Shown here: one piece after another, positions 1 to 8,966 of the stretch | Numbering within the stretch: the first letter of the stretch is position 1 | Layout of the letters: each line of letters begins with the position of its first letter | Assembly: GCA_051747805.1 (NCBI GenBank) | Contig: JBNJGP010000012.1 | Coordinates: 1-42,384 of the forward strand | Direction of reading: 5' to 3' | DNA from: Candidatus Muiribacteriota bacterium | Lineage (GTDB): Bacteria > Muiribacteriota > Muiribacteriia > Muiribacteriales > Muiribacteriaceae | DNA length: 42,384 bases | Translations under genes and position numbers: made by a program | Notes under the pieces: model-generated | Database searches by the model: none | Seen by the model: only the letters and a program-made list of their open reading frames with translations | What the model was told of the DNA's origin: nothing

Positions 1-307
1 AACAGTGTGAGAACTGCTGTCAGCTTAAGCTGACTTTACTGTCGATGATAATCGACTTTACTCGACCATTAGTCGTTTACTGTTGACTTTAGTCAACTTA
101 TTTGTGGTCAGGCTTACATAAAAGTAAAAAGCTTTCAGCTTAGTAAAATCACCTAAAGGTGATAGTAAAGTTATCTATCGATAACAGTAAATGGTCTTCG
201 ACCAAGAAACAGTGTGAGAACTGCTGTCAGCTTAAGCTGACTTTACTGTCGATGATAATCGACTTTACTCGACCATTAGTCGTTTACTGTTGACTTTAGT
301 CAACTTA
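1..307. repeat. Tandem repeat with 207-bp period; 1-100 is identical to 208-307; truncated at window start
   Basis: By-eye alignment: AACAGTGTGAGAACTG...AGTCAACTTA is identical over 100 nt in both copies. Confidence 0.95.
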
Positions 308-310
308 ACT
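123..310. other. Highly structured non-coding hairpin ladder (8 side hairpins, AGTAAA/TTTACT linkers, apical loop)
   Basis: Hairpins at 129-141, 148-163, 170-185, 192-204, 226-241, 248-263, 270-282, 289-304. Linkers are AGTAAA x4 on the left and the reverse complement TTTACT x3 plus TTAACT on the right. Confidence 0.85.
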
Positions 311-400
311 GTTGTTTAAGTGTCTACAGGTTAAAATTTCTATTTTTTGTTAAACTCAAGTTATTATTATATTTTTTACAAAAAAGATCTGATATGATTA

Positions 401-937
401 TTATTCTTCTTTTTTATTGGCTTCCATTGAGGATAACATTAATAATTCCTTGAAGCCAGTTGGAACTGAACCGCCAGTTTTTTTGATTTCTTCTATAATA
501 GCCGGGTCGGTAATTTTTGTCAATAATGAAACTTTATTTCCTGAATTACCGATTACCAGTATTTCATCGCCAACATGAACAAGTGAAATAGTGTTACCGT
601 TTCCAATAGATTGAGTTTCATATATTCTTATATTTCCCTTGAAAACATTTGGATTTTTCTTTTTAACATATAAAAAAAAAGCAATAATACTTCCTATAAT
701 AATTAATGTAACAATAATAAACTGAATAACATATTTTCTGAAATTTAAAGAATCTCTGTCTGAAATCAAATCGTCTTCCCCGGGTGTATTATCCTGGTTT
801 GCTTCTTCTCCGGCATTTAAAAGTCCTGCATCATCCAGAAAACTTAAATCATCATCATCATTTTCTTCCGGCTGCGCAGAAGAAAGGAGCGGAAAAAAAA
901 GCAGACAAATTAAAAGGATTAAAAATAAATTTTTCAT
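401..937 (-). CDS. fliO: FliO/FliZ-like flagellar export protein
   Basis: Signal peptide, acidic linker, one TM helix, then IRIYETQSIGNGNTISLVHVGDEILVIG, typical of the FliO cytoplasmic domain. Confidence 0.65.
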   Translation of the reverse strand: MKNLFLILLICLLFFPLLSSAQPEENDDDDLSFLDDAGLLNAGEEANQDNTPGEDDLISDRDSLNFRKYVIQFIIVTLIIIGSIIAFFLYVKKKNPNVFKGNIRIYETQSIGNGNTISLVHVGDEILVIGNSGNKVSLLTKITDPAIIEEIKKTGGSVPTGFKELLMLSSMEANKKEE

Positions 938-972
938 AGAAAAATAATAACTGACATGATTACTTAAATCAA
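938..972 (-). promoter_or_regulatory. Sigma70-type promoter, probably leaderless transcript
   Basis: TTGATT-17 nt-TATTAT-6 nt-ATG, no Shine-Dalgarno. Confidence 0.5.
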
Positions 973-978
973 GTGGAT

Positions 979-2448
979 TTACTCTAAAAGCCAGTTAGCT
1001 ATAAAACCGGTAGTTCCACCGTTTATAACCTGAATTTCGCACCAGTCATCATCAAGGGTATTTAAAACTTTAACTTCAGTACTGGCTGCCAAAGTAGTAA
1101 TAACCGGATGACTGGTACCTGGACCTCTTCGCATATTAGCCCGGGCAGTTGTATGTTTAATATCTAATCCGGCAACATTTTCATCAACCACAAAACCATT
1201 GAAATACATAATATAAACACGGGCAAATAAAAAATTACCCCCGGCTTTACCGCTAATCATTACATCATAGGTATGAGGTGTATATCTATATAAAGAATAG
1301 GAAGCCTCATTCCATACAGTTAACCATTCACGATTATAATTAACTCTTAACCTGAGACCTTTATCTGAAATATTTTTATCCAGTCCATCTTCATACCAGT
1401 GGCGAAAAGTTTCGGCACCGCTTTCAATCTGTTTATAAAATCCTTTGAAGTTAGTGTTTTTTGTACCATCATCGTAACATCCAACACCCATCGCCCAGTC
1501 CAGAACAGATTTAGAAATACTCTGACTACCTACAAGCCCCTTTTCTTTCTGTAAAGTGGCAAGCATTATCTTGGGATTAATACCAATTTTCTGACATGCA
1601 TCAGCAATCATCTGTGAAGGATATTTACCATTATAGGAGTCTTTTAAACCTGAATTTCTTTCTTCTAAAAAATTTTGAATTTCCTTTTGAGTCATAGCTT
1701 CTGAATCAATAAACTCTTTATTAGATAAAAGTCTGTGAAAAACAATATTAGTAGTTAAATCCTGCTCCCCTCTTCTTAACTCAGGAACAGGTTCTTCTAA
1801 AATACGCTGATTTGATCGCTGTGCATCAAAAAAAGGCTCTTCTTCATTAATAAATTCAGGAAGACCAGCGTATCTGGAATTAAGTTTTGCAAAAAGTATA
1901 TAATTTGAATAAAAATCACTATCTTCTAATTTAGATTGTAGCTTTAAACCCCTGAAGGCTATATTTTCAAAATATTCTTTAATAGAATTTTGAAGCTGTC
2001 TGTTTTGAAAATTAACGTTTTCAACCTCGTTAATTATAAGAAGGGCAATTTCATAAAATGATTTTAAATTTCCCTCTGTAAGGTATTCACTGCTGAATTT
2101 TGCAACTTTAAGAATATTGTCAGTATTATTGATAGAGCTTTTAAGTTCATCAAACAATTGAGACATTTGATATCTTACCTTTTGAATATCAGAAGGGCTG
2201 ACATCCCCACCCCGTTTATTTAAACTATAACTTAAAACATCAGATTTCATATCCAGCTGCATATATAAATAAAGTTTTTCATATAAATCTTTATCTTCAG
2301 AAACATCGCTTATATAGTAGTTGATTCCAGCTTCACCCCGACGGGTTAAATCCTGTTTTGAAATAAAAGAGTTTAAAAAATCCATTTCAGAAGCAACTGA
2401 GAAAACAACTAAACAAAAAACTAAAGATAAAATTATAATTTTTTTCAT
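979..2448 (-). CDS. Secreted protein with putative lysozyme-like domain and C-terminal bacterial SH3 domain
   Basis: Start moved to MKKIIILSLVF signal peptide; INPKIMLATLQKE...AMG.GC.D...SLYRYTPH block; ANMRRGPGTSHPVITTL...GFIANWLL SH3b pattern. Confidence 0.6.
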   Translation of the reverse strand: MKKIIILSLVFCLVVFSVASEMDFLNSFISKQDLTRRGEAGINYYISDVSEDKDLYEKLYLYMQLDMKSDVLSYSLNKRGGDVSPSDIQKVRYQMSQLFDELKSSINNTDNILKVAKFSSEYLTEGNLKSFYEIALLIINEVENVNFQNRQLQNSIKEYFENIAFRGLKLQSKLEDSDFYSNYILFAKLNSRYAGLPEFINEEEPFFDAQRSNQRILEEPVPELRRGEQDLTTNIVFHRLLSNKEFIDSEAMTQKEIQNFLEERNSGLKDSYNGKYPSQMIADACQKIGINPKIMLATLQKEKGLVGSQSISKSVLDWAMGVGCYDDGTKNTNFKGFYKQIESGAETFRHWYEDGLDKNISDKGLRLRVNYNREWLTVWNEASYSLYRYTPHTYDVMISGKAGGNFLFARVYIMYFNGFVVDENVAGLDIKHTTARANMRRGPGTSHPVITTLAASTEVKVLNTLDDDWCEIQVINGGTTGFIANWLLE

Positions 2449-2518
2449 AAAAACCCCAGAAATATAAAATTTTTTTAGCTCAAATAAACCGCTCATAAAC
2501 TATATAATTAATTATAAA

Positions 2519-5221
2519 TTATTTTTTGTTAAAAATCAATTCACCTAGATTATGTCCTGCTGCGGCGTTGATTTTTAGCGGAACTTTAAGCTTTACAGAA
2601 TTTTCCATGATGTCTTTTATTTCATCAGTATAAAATTTAATTTTCTGCTCGTTGTCAGGTATCTCAAACACGAGTTCATCATGTATTTGAACAAGCATTT
2701 TACACTCAGAATTTTTTTCAAATGAAAGGTTTAACTTTTTATAAACCTCAATCATTGCAATTTTGATAATATCAGCGGCACTTCCCTGAATCGGTGTATT
2801 TACAGCCATTCTTGCAAGCATCTGTTTATTCATTCCTGCCACGTTTCTTTTTCTTCCAAATATTGTTTTTACATACTTATCTTTTTTTGCCTGAATTATT
2901 ATATCATCATTATATTTTTTAACAGAGGAATATTTTGCAAAGAAATTTCTAATATAGGTTTCTGCCTCTTTATTTGATATTCCCAGTCTAGAGGCAAGCC
3001 CATAAGCATTCATACCATAAATAAGTCCAAAATTCACAACCTTCGCCATTCTTCTCATCTCTGGAGTAACTTCATCAAATTTCACCTTAAAAACACCTGA
3101 CGCAGTTAACGTATGAACATCTTTGCCATTATTAAAAGCCTCTATAAGCTCTGCGTCGCCGGTTATATGGGCAAGCACTCTTAGCTCAATCTGCGAGTAG
3201 TCAAATGATAAAAATATTTTCCCGTCATCAGCCCTGAAAGCTTTTCTGATAGCATTTCCTTCCTCACTTTTTACAGGGATATTCTGCAAATTAGGATTAC
3301 TCGAGGATAAACGCCCTGTAGTAGTAACAGTTTGATTGAAGCTTGCGTGAAGAAAGTCATTTTTATCTGTTAATTTAGGAAGTGGGATAATATAAGTATT
3401 TAATAGTTTAGAATAGTTTCTGTATTGAATTAATTTTTCGGCAATTTTGATATTTTTAGAAGCTAGAGTTTCAAGAACAACCACATTTGTGGAGTAACCT
3501 GTTTTAGTTTTTTTAACAGGTTTAATTCGAAGTTTATTAAATAAAATATTTGAAAGCTGTTTAGGAGAATCAAGATTAAACTCTTCCCCGGCAATTTCAA
3601 AAATTTCTTCTTCAAGTTTTTTTTGCTTTATTGAATATTTATCATATAATTCCTTCAGATATTTTTTATTCAGCTTAATGCCATGCCATTCCATATGCGC
3701 AATTGTTTCAACAAGAGGCATTTCGACTTCATGAAACAGTTTCTCAAGATTTTTTTCTTTAAGTTCCGGGGCTAATTTTTCATTTAATCTGAAACATATA
3801 TCAGCGTCGGCACATGCGTACGGAGTTACTTCATCAATCTGAACCTGGGAAATAACTCCGTTTTTACCCGCCAGTTCTTTAAAAGGGGTCATATCAATAT
3901 CAAAATACTGTCTGGCCAGCTTTGATATACCGTGAGATTTATCAGGTTCAAGAAGATAATGAGCAATAGAGGTATCAAAAGAAAGCGGAACTTCAATACC
4001 GCATTTTTTTAAAACAAGAAAATCAAATTTAATATTATGAGCAACTGTATTTTTAACTTTTTCAAATAATTTCTGTATTTTTTTCATTAAATAATTAATA
4101 TCTTCCTGATATTCATTTTCCATTCCAAGATAAAAATGATTTACAGGAATATAGTAGGCCTCTCCCGGTTTAAAGCTAATTGAGAACCCCACAAGTTTAA
4201 GTTCGTGAATAGAAAGCGAAGTGGTTTCTGTATCAAACGCAATTTTTGAAGCTTTCTGGGCTTTTTTAAAAACCTCGTCCAGCTCTTTTCTGGAAGAAAT
4301 TTTTTTATAAACGGTTTCTATATTTTCATCTTTAGTTTTCTCAGGTTTTTGGGGTAATAATCCGAATTTTTCAAGAAACTTCTTAAATTCAAGTTCTGTC
4401 ATTAACTCGGCAAATTCCTGACCGAATTTTTCGCTGTAGCATAAGTCCTCATCTTTTAAATTAGTTTTATATTCAAGGGATATTTCGGCAAGTTTCTGTG
4501 ATAAAAAGGCATTTTCCTTATTATTTACAAGTTTCTTTTGAACAGCACCTTTTATACTGTCAATATTTTTATAAATATTTTCAAGACTTCCAAATTCTGA
4601 AATTAGCTTTTTGGCAGTTTTATCTCCAACTCCCTTAACCCCGGGAATATTATCGGATTTATCACCAGTAAGTGCTTTATAATCAATAATTTTTAAAGGC
4701 TCAAATCCAAACTCTTCTTTAAAATTATTTCTATCATAAACTTTTATTTCAGAAATCCCTTTTTTTGTCATAATCATTTTAATATTAGGGGAAATATCAA
4801 GAAGCTGCAGATTATCTTTATCACCTGAAACAATATATACTTCATGATTATGGCCAAACTCATTACATAAAGAGCCTATAATATCATCACCTTCATAATT
4901 TTCATCTGACATTGTAGGAATATTCATAGTTTTAAGTAATCTATTAAAAATTTCAAACTGGGATTTCAGCTCTTCTGGAGTTTCATCCCTATGTGCTTTA
5001 TACTCAGGATAAATATTCATTCTGAAACCGCCCCTGACTTTATCCTGAACAATCACCATGCAATCAGGCTTAAAATCCTGGGTAATTTTAAAAAACATAT
5101 TCAGAAAACCATAAATAGCTGAAGTATTCTGCCCTTTAGAATTATAAAGAGGACTTCTTATAAAGGCAAAATATGCTCTGTACAACAGACTGTGACCATC
5201 AATAACAACTAATTTTTTCAC
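2519..5221 (-). CDS. polA: DNA polymerase I
   Basis: IDGHSLLYRAYFA 5'-3' exonuclease, DTETT 3'-5' exonuclease, DYSQIELR, KVVNFGLIYG and QIHDELVFE motifs; GTG start at 5221 with GGAG RBS overlapping the upstream stop. Confidence 0.98.
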   Translation of the reverse strand: MKKLVVIDGHSLLYRAYFAFIRSPLYNSKGQNTSAIYGFLNMFFKITQDFKPDCMVIVQDKVRGGFRMNIYPEYKAHRDETPEELKSQFEIFNRLLKTMNIPTMSDENYEGDDIIGSLCNEFGHNHEVYIVSGDKDNLQLLDISPNIKMIMTKKGISEIKVYDRNNFKEEFGFEPLKIIDYKALTGDKSDNIPGVKGVGDKTAKKLISEFGSLENIYKNIDSIKGAVQKKLVNNKENAFLSQKLAEISLEYKTNLKDEDLCYSEKFGQEFAELMTELEFKKFLEKFGLLPQKPEKTKDENIETVYKKISSRKELDEVFKKAQKASKIAFDTETTSLSIHELKLVGFSISFKPGEAYYIPVNHFYLGMENEYQEDINYLMKKIQKLFEKVKNTVAHNIKFDFLVLKKCGIEVPLSFDTSIAHYLLEPDKSHGISKLARQYFDIDMTPFKELAGKNGVISQVQIDEVTPYACADADICFRLNEKLAPELKEKNLEKLFHEVEMPLVETIAHMEWHGIKLNKKYLKELYDKYSIKQKKLEEEIFEIAGEEFNLDSPKQLSNILFNKLRIKPVKKTKTGYSTNVVVLETLASKNIKIAEKLIQYRNYSKLLNTYIIPLPKLTDKNDFLHASFNQTVTTTGRLSSSNPNLQNIPVKSEEGNAIRKAFRADDGKIFLSFDYSQIELRVLAHITGDAELIEAFNNGKDVHTLTASGVFKVKFDEVTPEMRRMAKVVNFGLIYGMNAYGLASRLGISNKEAETYIRNFFAKYSSVKKYNDDIIIQAKKDKYVKTIFGRKRNVAGMNKQMLARMAVNTPIQGSAADIIKIAMIEVYKKLNLSFEKNSECKMLVQIHDELVFEIPDNEQKIKFYTDEIKDIMENSVKLKVPLKINAAAGHNLGELIFNKK

Positions 5222-5457
5222 AAATAACTCCATGGCTCAGGTTCTTTTATTTCTTTTATAAATTTCACCTGAATATCTTTTTCTATTGGTATTCTAATCC
5301 ATGAGGCCATGTTGAAATCAAGGAATTTTTCAAACTTTTTAAGAGCTTTTTCAATAGCCTCCGGTTTATTATCTGCAAGAATCTCAAAATCCACCTTATA
5401 AACAGTGCCAGATTTTTTATTTTCAGTATAGGGTATAATAACTTTATAGCTTTTCAT
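5218..5457 (-). CDS. Hypothetical protein, 79 aa
   Basis: AAGGAG RBS; stop overlaps the polA start (GTGA). Confidence 0.75.
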   Translation of the reverse strand: MKSYKVIIPYTENKKSGTVYKVDFEILADNKPEAIEKALKKFEKFLDFNMASWIRIPIEKDIQVKFIKEIKEPEPWSYL

Positions 5458-5536
5458 AGCACTCCTTTTATTTTTTTAATATAAAACACAATTTTACCGA
5501 TTATAGTTTTGTAGCATTTTCACCGTTTCTACTTTT

Positions 5537-5558
5537 AGAGGAGTATAAAAGCTCCTCT
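5537..5558. terminator. Stem-loop, possible intrinsic terminator
   Basis: AGAGGAG-8 nt-CTCCTCT; the T-run follows on the plus strand only. Confidence 0.45.
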
Positions 5559-5562
5559 TTTT

Positions 5563-6318
5563 TTATTGTATAAGCTTTTTAATGTAATTACTCGTATATT
5601 CTATTCGATCAGAAGTAAGTGGATGAGTGCTTAACATTTTCAGCGCCTGGTTTTCGCTGTGGTCTTTAAGCTCCATCAATTTGTTAAAAAATCTGACCAT
5701 ACCATACGGATTATAACCAGCATTATACGCAATTTGTACTCCTAATCGGTCAGCCTCCCGTTCATTACTTCTAGAAAAACTCAGTTCATTAAAAATCATA
5801 TTAGATATACGAATAAGTTCTTCGTTTTTTTCCACAGTTTCACTTTTTTTAGAATAATAATCAATTATTCTATCAGCTATTAGCGAACGTTCAAAAGCCC
5901 TCATTGAATGTTTCTTTTCAATGTGAGCAATTTCATGGGCAAGCACACAGGAAAGCTCATCATCATCTGTCATTTCCATTAGTTCGCGGGTAACATAAAT
6001 CCAGCCTCCCGGAACAGCAAAAGCATTTGGGTAATCCAGGTCAAGAATTTTAAATCTATATCTTAAATTTCTCTTTGCAAAGGGTAATAAATCATCTGAA
6101 ATGCGATCTAGTCTTTCATTCATTTCAGGATGAGTTACAACAGGTGTGCTTAGCTCAAGCGAGGCTGATGTGACAGTCCCCAGAACAATTTCAACACTTC
6201 TCCGGGTACCACGAACTAATTTACGGAGACATCTGAATACATTACCGGGATAAACTGTAACAGTAAAAATTGGAACAATTAAAAGCATTAAAATAAGAAA
6301 TTTTTTCTTAAAATTCAT
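5563..6318 (-). CDS. M48 family zinc metallopeptidase
   Basis: PNAFAVPGG, HEIAH, SRSNEREAD and LSTHP motifs; start moved to ATG 6318 with AGGTG RBS. Confidence 0.92.
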   Translation of the reverse strand: MNFKKKFLILMLLIVPIFTVTVYPGNVFRCLRKLVRGTRRSVEIVLGTVTSASLELSTPVVTHPEMNERLDRISDDLLPFAKRNLRYRFKILDLDYPNAFAVPGGWIYVTRELMEMTDDDELSCVLAHEIAHIEKKHSMRAFERSLIADRIIDYYSKKSETVEKNEELIRISNMIFNELSFSRSNEREADRLGVQIAYNAGYNPYGMVRFFNKLMELKDHSENQALKMLSTHPLTSDRIEYTSNYIKKLIQ

Positions 6319-7534
6319 AATTAACACCTATTAAATTAATTTTTACAGGCACAGTAATATCAATTTCTTCAATAACCAATTCGCCTTCTTCAATATAAAC
6401 TAGTTCAATTAATCCATTGCCATCAACATCAGAAAAGGCAACCTCTGTATCAATAAGTCCCAGATTGTGAGGAGAACGAACTTCCTGCCCCGATAAATTA
6501 AAATACCTTATAGAATAATTTAACATATCTTCAGAAACAACTGCAAGTATTTCAGTATTACCATTGCCATCAATATCTAATAGTTTAATATCACCTTTGA
6601 AATATTCCCCGGCATATACAGGAAAACCCTCGAAGGAGTTACCGCTGATATCTTTAGCGTGAATATATCCGTCTAAATCATGATAAACCAAATCTTTAGT
6701 TCCATTATTATTTATATCATTCAACTGAAATCTACTATAAACTTTCGAATCCATAGAAAATTTATCAACTACTTCTCCATAAGAATTTAATGTATAAACG
6801 AAGAACTCTTCATTGACATCGTTGGTGGCAAATATGGTTTCCTGCCGTCCAGATGAATTAATATCATCGACCGTCATAGGAAACGGCAAACTTGTATGAG
6901 AGCCTTCTGGTATAGTAACTGGCCATCCGTTCACAGAACTAAAATCTTTATCAAACATATAAACGCTGCCTTTATCAGTTTTAAAAATTATTTCATTATT
7001 TCCATCACCAGTGGCGTCAGACAATTCTATTGACGAACTAACAACTCCATCAGCCTTATATCTCCAGCTTATTTGACCCTTTTCATCAATTGCATGTACT
7101 TCGCCCTGGGTTGAACCAAAATAAACAAGATTTTCATTTCCATCAACCGCCGGAGAGCCTAAAATAAATTCCATATCGGCAAAGCATTCAAACTTCCAGT
7201 TTAAATTTCCCTGTGGTGAAATTGAGTAAACATTCCCATTATATGTTGATGCTATTATTTGTTTTTGATTATCTGTTTCAATAATTTTAACCTCTTCCTG
7301 AACTGCTCCCGCAAGATGTCTGGGCCATAACCCGGTTATTATTTCAGTGCCATCATTTTCATATAATTTTAAAGTTCCGTTTTTAAACCCGAATACAGCC
7401 TCTTTCATTCCGTCGCCGTCAAGATCATACATTAAAGGGCTGACATCTGGAAACACTTCTTCAAAAGAGAGTGTTAAAATTGGAAATATCAGGATTATAA
7501 AAGTAATTAGCAGTTTATTCTTTTTAATTCTCAT
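6308..7534 (-). CDS. Secreted FG-GAP/PQQ-type beta-propeller repeat protein
   Basis: Signal peptide; repeated DLDGDG/DINNNG/DIDGNG/DVDGNG and GWP/GFP motifs. Confidence 0.8.
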   Translation of the reverse strand: MRIKKNKLLITFIILIFPILTLSFEEVFPDVSPLMYDLDGDGMKEAVFGFKNGTLKLYENDGTEIITGLWPRHLAGAVQEEVKIIETDNQKQIIASTYNGNVYSISPQGNLNWKFECFADMEFILGSPAVDGNENLVYFGSTQGEVHAIDEKGQISWRYKADGVVSSSIELSDATGDGNNEIIFKTDKGSVYMFDKDFSSVNGWPVTIPEGSHTSLPFPMTVDDINSSGRQETIFATNDVNEEFFVYTLNSYGEVVDKFSMDSKVYSRFQLNDINNNGTKDLVYHDLDGYIHAKDISGNSFEGFPVYAGEYFKGDIKLLDIDGNGNTEILAVVSEDMLNYSIRYFNLSGQEVRSPHNLGLIDTEVAFSDVDGNGLIELVYIEEGELVIEEIDITVPVKINLIGVNYEF

Positions 7535-8010
7535 GGATTTTCCACCCTTACAGCCTTTATAAGGCTGTTTGCCTTCATTGTCTGCCTTGATGCTGTTTCT
7601 GCTTCGATTACAACTTCTAAGACATCATAAACGCCCACTTTCGCCCCTTTAGAAAAATAATCCAGATTTTTAAAATCTAAGTTATACTCATTTTCATCAT
7701 ATTTAATATTTTTTAAATATTCGATGCTTTCAATCCTTACTACTCCAGTTGAAAAAACAAATTCCACTGGATAATTAAGATTTTCATAGAAGTCATAATT
7801 TGTCTGAGCATAGTTTTTATATATTAAATTTTTAGCAGCCGCAATACCGGAATCACAAAGTTCTCTGGCCCGAAAATTCTCAAAATCCCTTACTAAATTT
7901 CTTGTTGAATGAGAAACCCGGCTAATATAAACAAAAGAGAACATCATAATAATAATTATAAAAAATACAACATAATATACGGTAAAACCTTTTTTATTTA
8001 AATTATTCAT
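7531..8010 (-). CDS. PilX/GspK-like minor pilin
   Basis: KKG|FTVYY class III-like leader lacking E5, hydrophobic helix, RARELCDSGI; start moved to ATG 8010. Confidence 0.6.
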   Translation of the reverse strand: MNNLNKKGFTVYYVVFFIIIIMMFSFVYISRVSHSTRNLVRDFENFRARELCDSGIAAAKNLIYKNYAQTNYDFYENLNYPVEFVFSTGVVRIESIEYLKNIKYDENEYNLDFKNLDYFSKGAKVGVYDVLEVVIEAETASRQTMKANSLIKAVRVENP

Positions 8011-8572
8011 GTATAACACCAGCTTTCTCACCGGAAAGGTGAATTCCAAATTCAAAGGGCACACGAAGCTCTTTCTTCTGAGCGTCCGCCTCAGAATAAA
8101 AGGACCCGCTACAGTAAATCATATTATTGAAGTAGGAAAATTTGATTTTTTCAAGATTATCTACAATATTCCTCGCCCTTCCATTAACTTCCTTAACAAA
8201 ATTATCCCCTTCTCTATAATAGGATATTTCATCTTTTTCTCCGAAATTTTCAATATTATACGTATTAAAATTGATTTTACGGTAATCTCCATTATCTGTT
8301 TTATCTTTTAGATTTATAAAGTTTGATTTCTTAGATGATAGTTGAACGTTTTCTTCATCAAAATCTATTTTTGAGTTCATATTTATCAAATTAATATAAA
8401 TTTCTTTTATAATTAAATGTTTACCGTACTCAATATCAGTTCTTCTGGTTCCAATATTTATATTTTTAATATTCTGAGAAAACACGCCTGTAATGATAAA
8501 AATAATAACGGCAGCAATCGTAATCGATATCAACATTTCAACAACAGTTATCCCGTTTTTTTTAAAAAGCAT
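8003..8572 (-). CDS. Prepilin-type protein (PilW/GspJ-like)
   Basis: KKNG|ITVVEML type IV prepilin motif with E5. Confidence 0.8.
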   Translation of the reverse strand: MLFKKNGITVVEMLISITIAAVIIFIITGVFSQNIKNINIGTRRTDIEYGKHLIIKEIYINLINMNSKIDFDEENVQLSSKKSNFINLKDKTDNGDYRKINFNTYNIENFGEKDEISYYREGDNFVKEVNGRARNIVDNLEKIKFSYFNNMIYCSGSFYSEADAQKKELRVPFEFGIHLSGEKAGVIHE

Positions 8573-8966
8573 TAAGAAAAACCCCGCTGTCCAGATTCAC
8601 AACAACTTCCCTGCCCGACTCATTCTGATATTTTAAATTGACAAGGATATGGACAAAATTTCTGTCAATTTTATCAAATTTTACCAGGGCTCGTGTATGA
8701 GTAGTTTCAAAAAGGTCATCTGATAAAACAAAGCCGTGTGTTTCCTCTTTATTTATAATAATTTCATCATTAATAAACTTACTTATAAACTCTTTCTGTC
8801 TTGCCTGCGACATAATAGTTGTACAAGTCATTAAAGCGTCCAGATAAAGAACATTTTCAGACAAATTCATATTACTTTGCGTTGTAATAAGAAAAACTGG
8901 AGATAATGCCAGAGACATAATAAAAATTGCTATTATTATTTCATTAAAACTATAACCTTTTTTCAT
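8562..8966 (-). CDS. Prepilin-type protein (PilV/GspI-like)
   Basis: KKG|YSFNEII prepilin-like motif with E5. Confidence 0.7.
   Translation of the reverse strand: MKKGYSFNEIIIAIFIMSLALSPVFLITTQSNMNLSENVLYLDALMTCTTIMSQARQKEFISKFINDEIIINKEETHGFVLSDDLFETTHTRALVKFDKIDRNFVHILVNLKYQNESGREVVVNLDSGVFLNAF

Larger units (their letters stand above)
1..360. mobile_element. Right part of a MITE-like element (same right end as 33365-33511) carrying the hairpin ladder
   Basis: 315-360 matches 33466-33511 at 44/46 nt, including the terminal inverted repeat; 104-120 matches 33398-33414 at 15/17. Confidence 0.7.

Noticed and set aside
1..310. CRISPR array
   Set aside because: The constant part is only 6 nt, spacers are 13-16 nt and palindromic, orientation flips mid-unit, and there are no cas genes in the window
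1..360. tRNA, protein-coding gene or integron attC site
   Set aside because: No T-loop or acceptor-stem pattern, no ORF of 60 aa or more, no convincing RYYYAAC...GTTRRRY pair, and no integrase or cassette organisation
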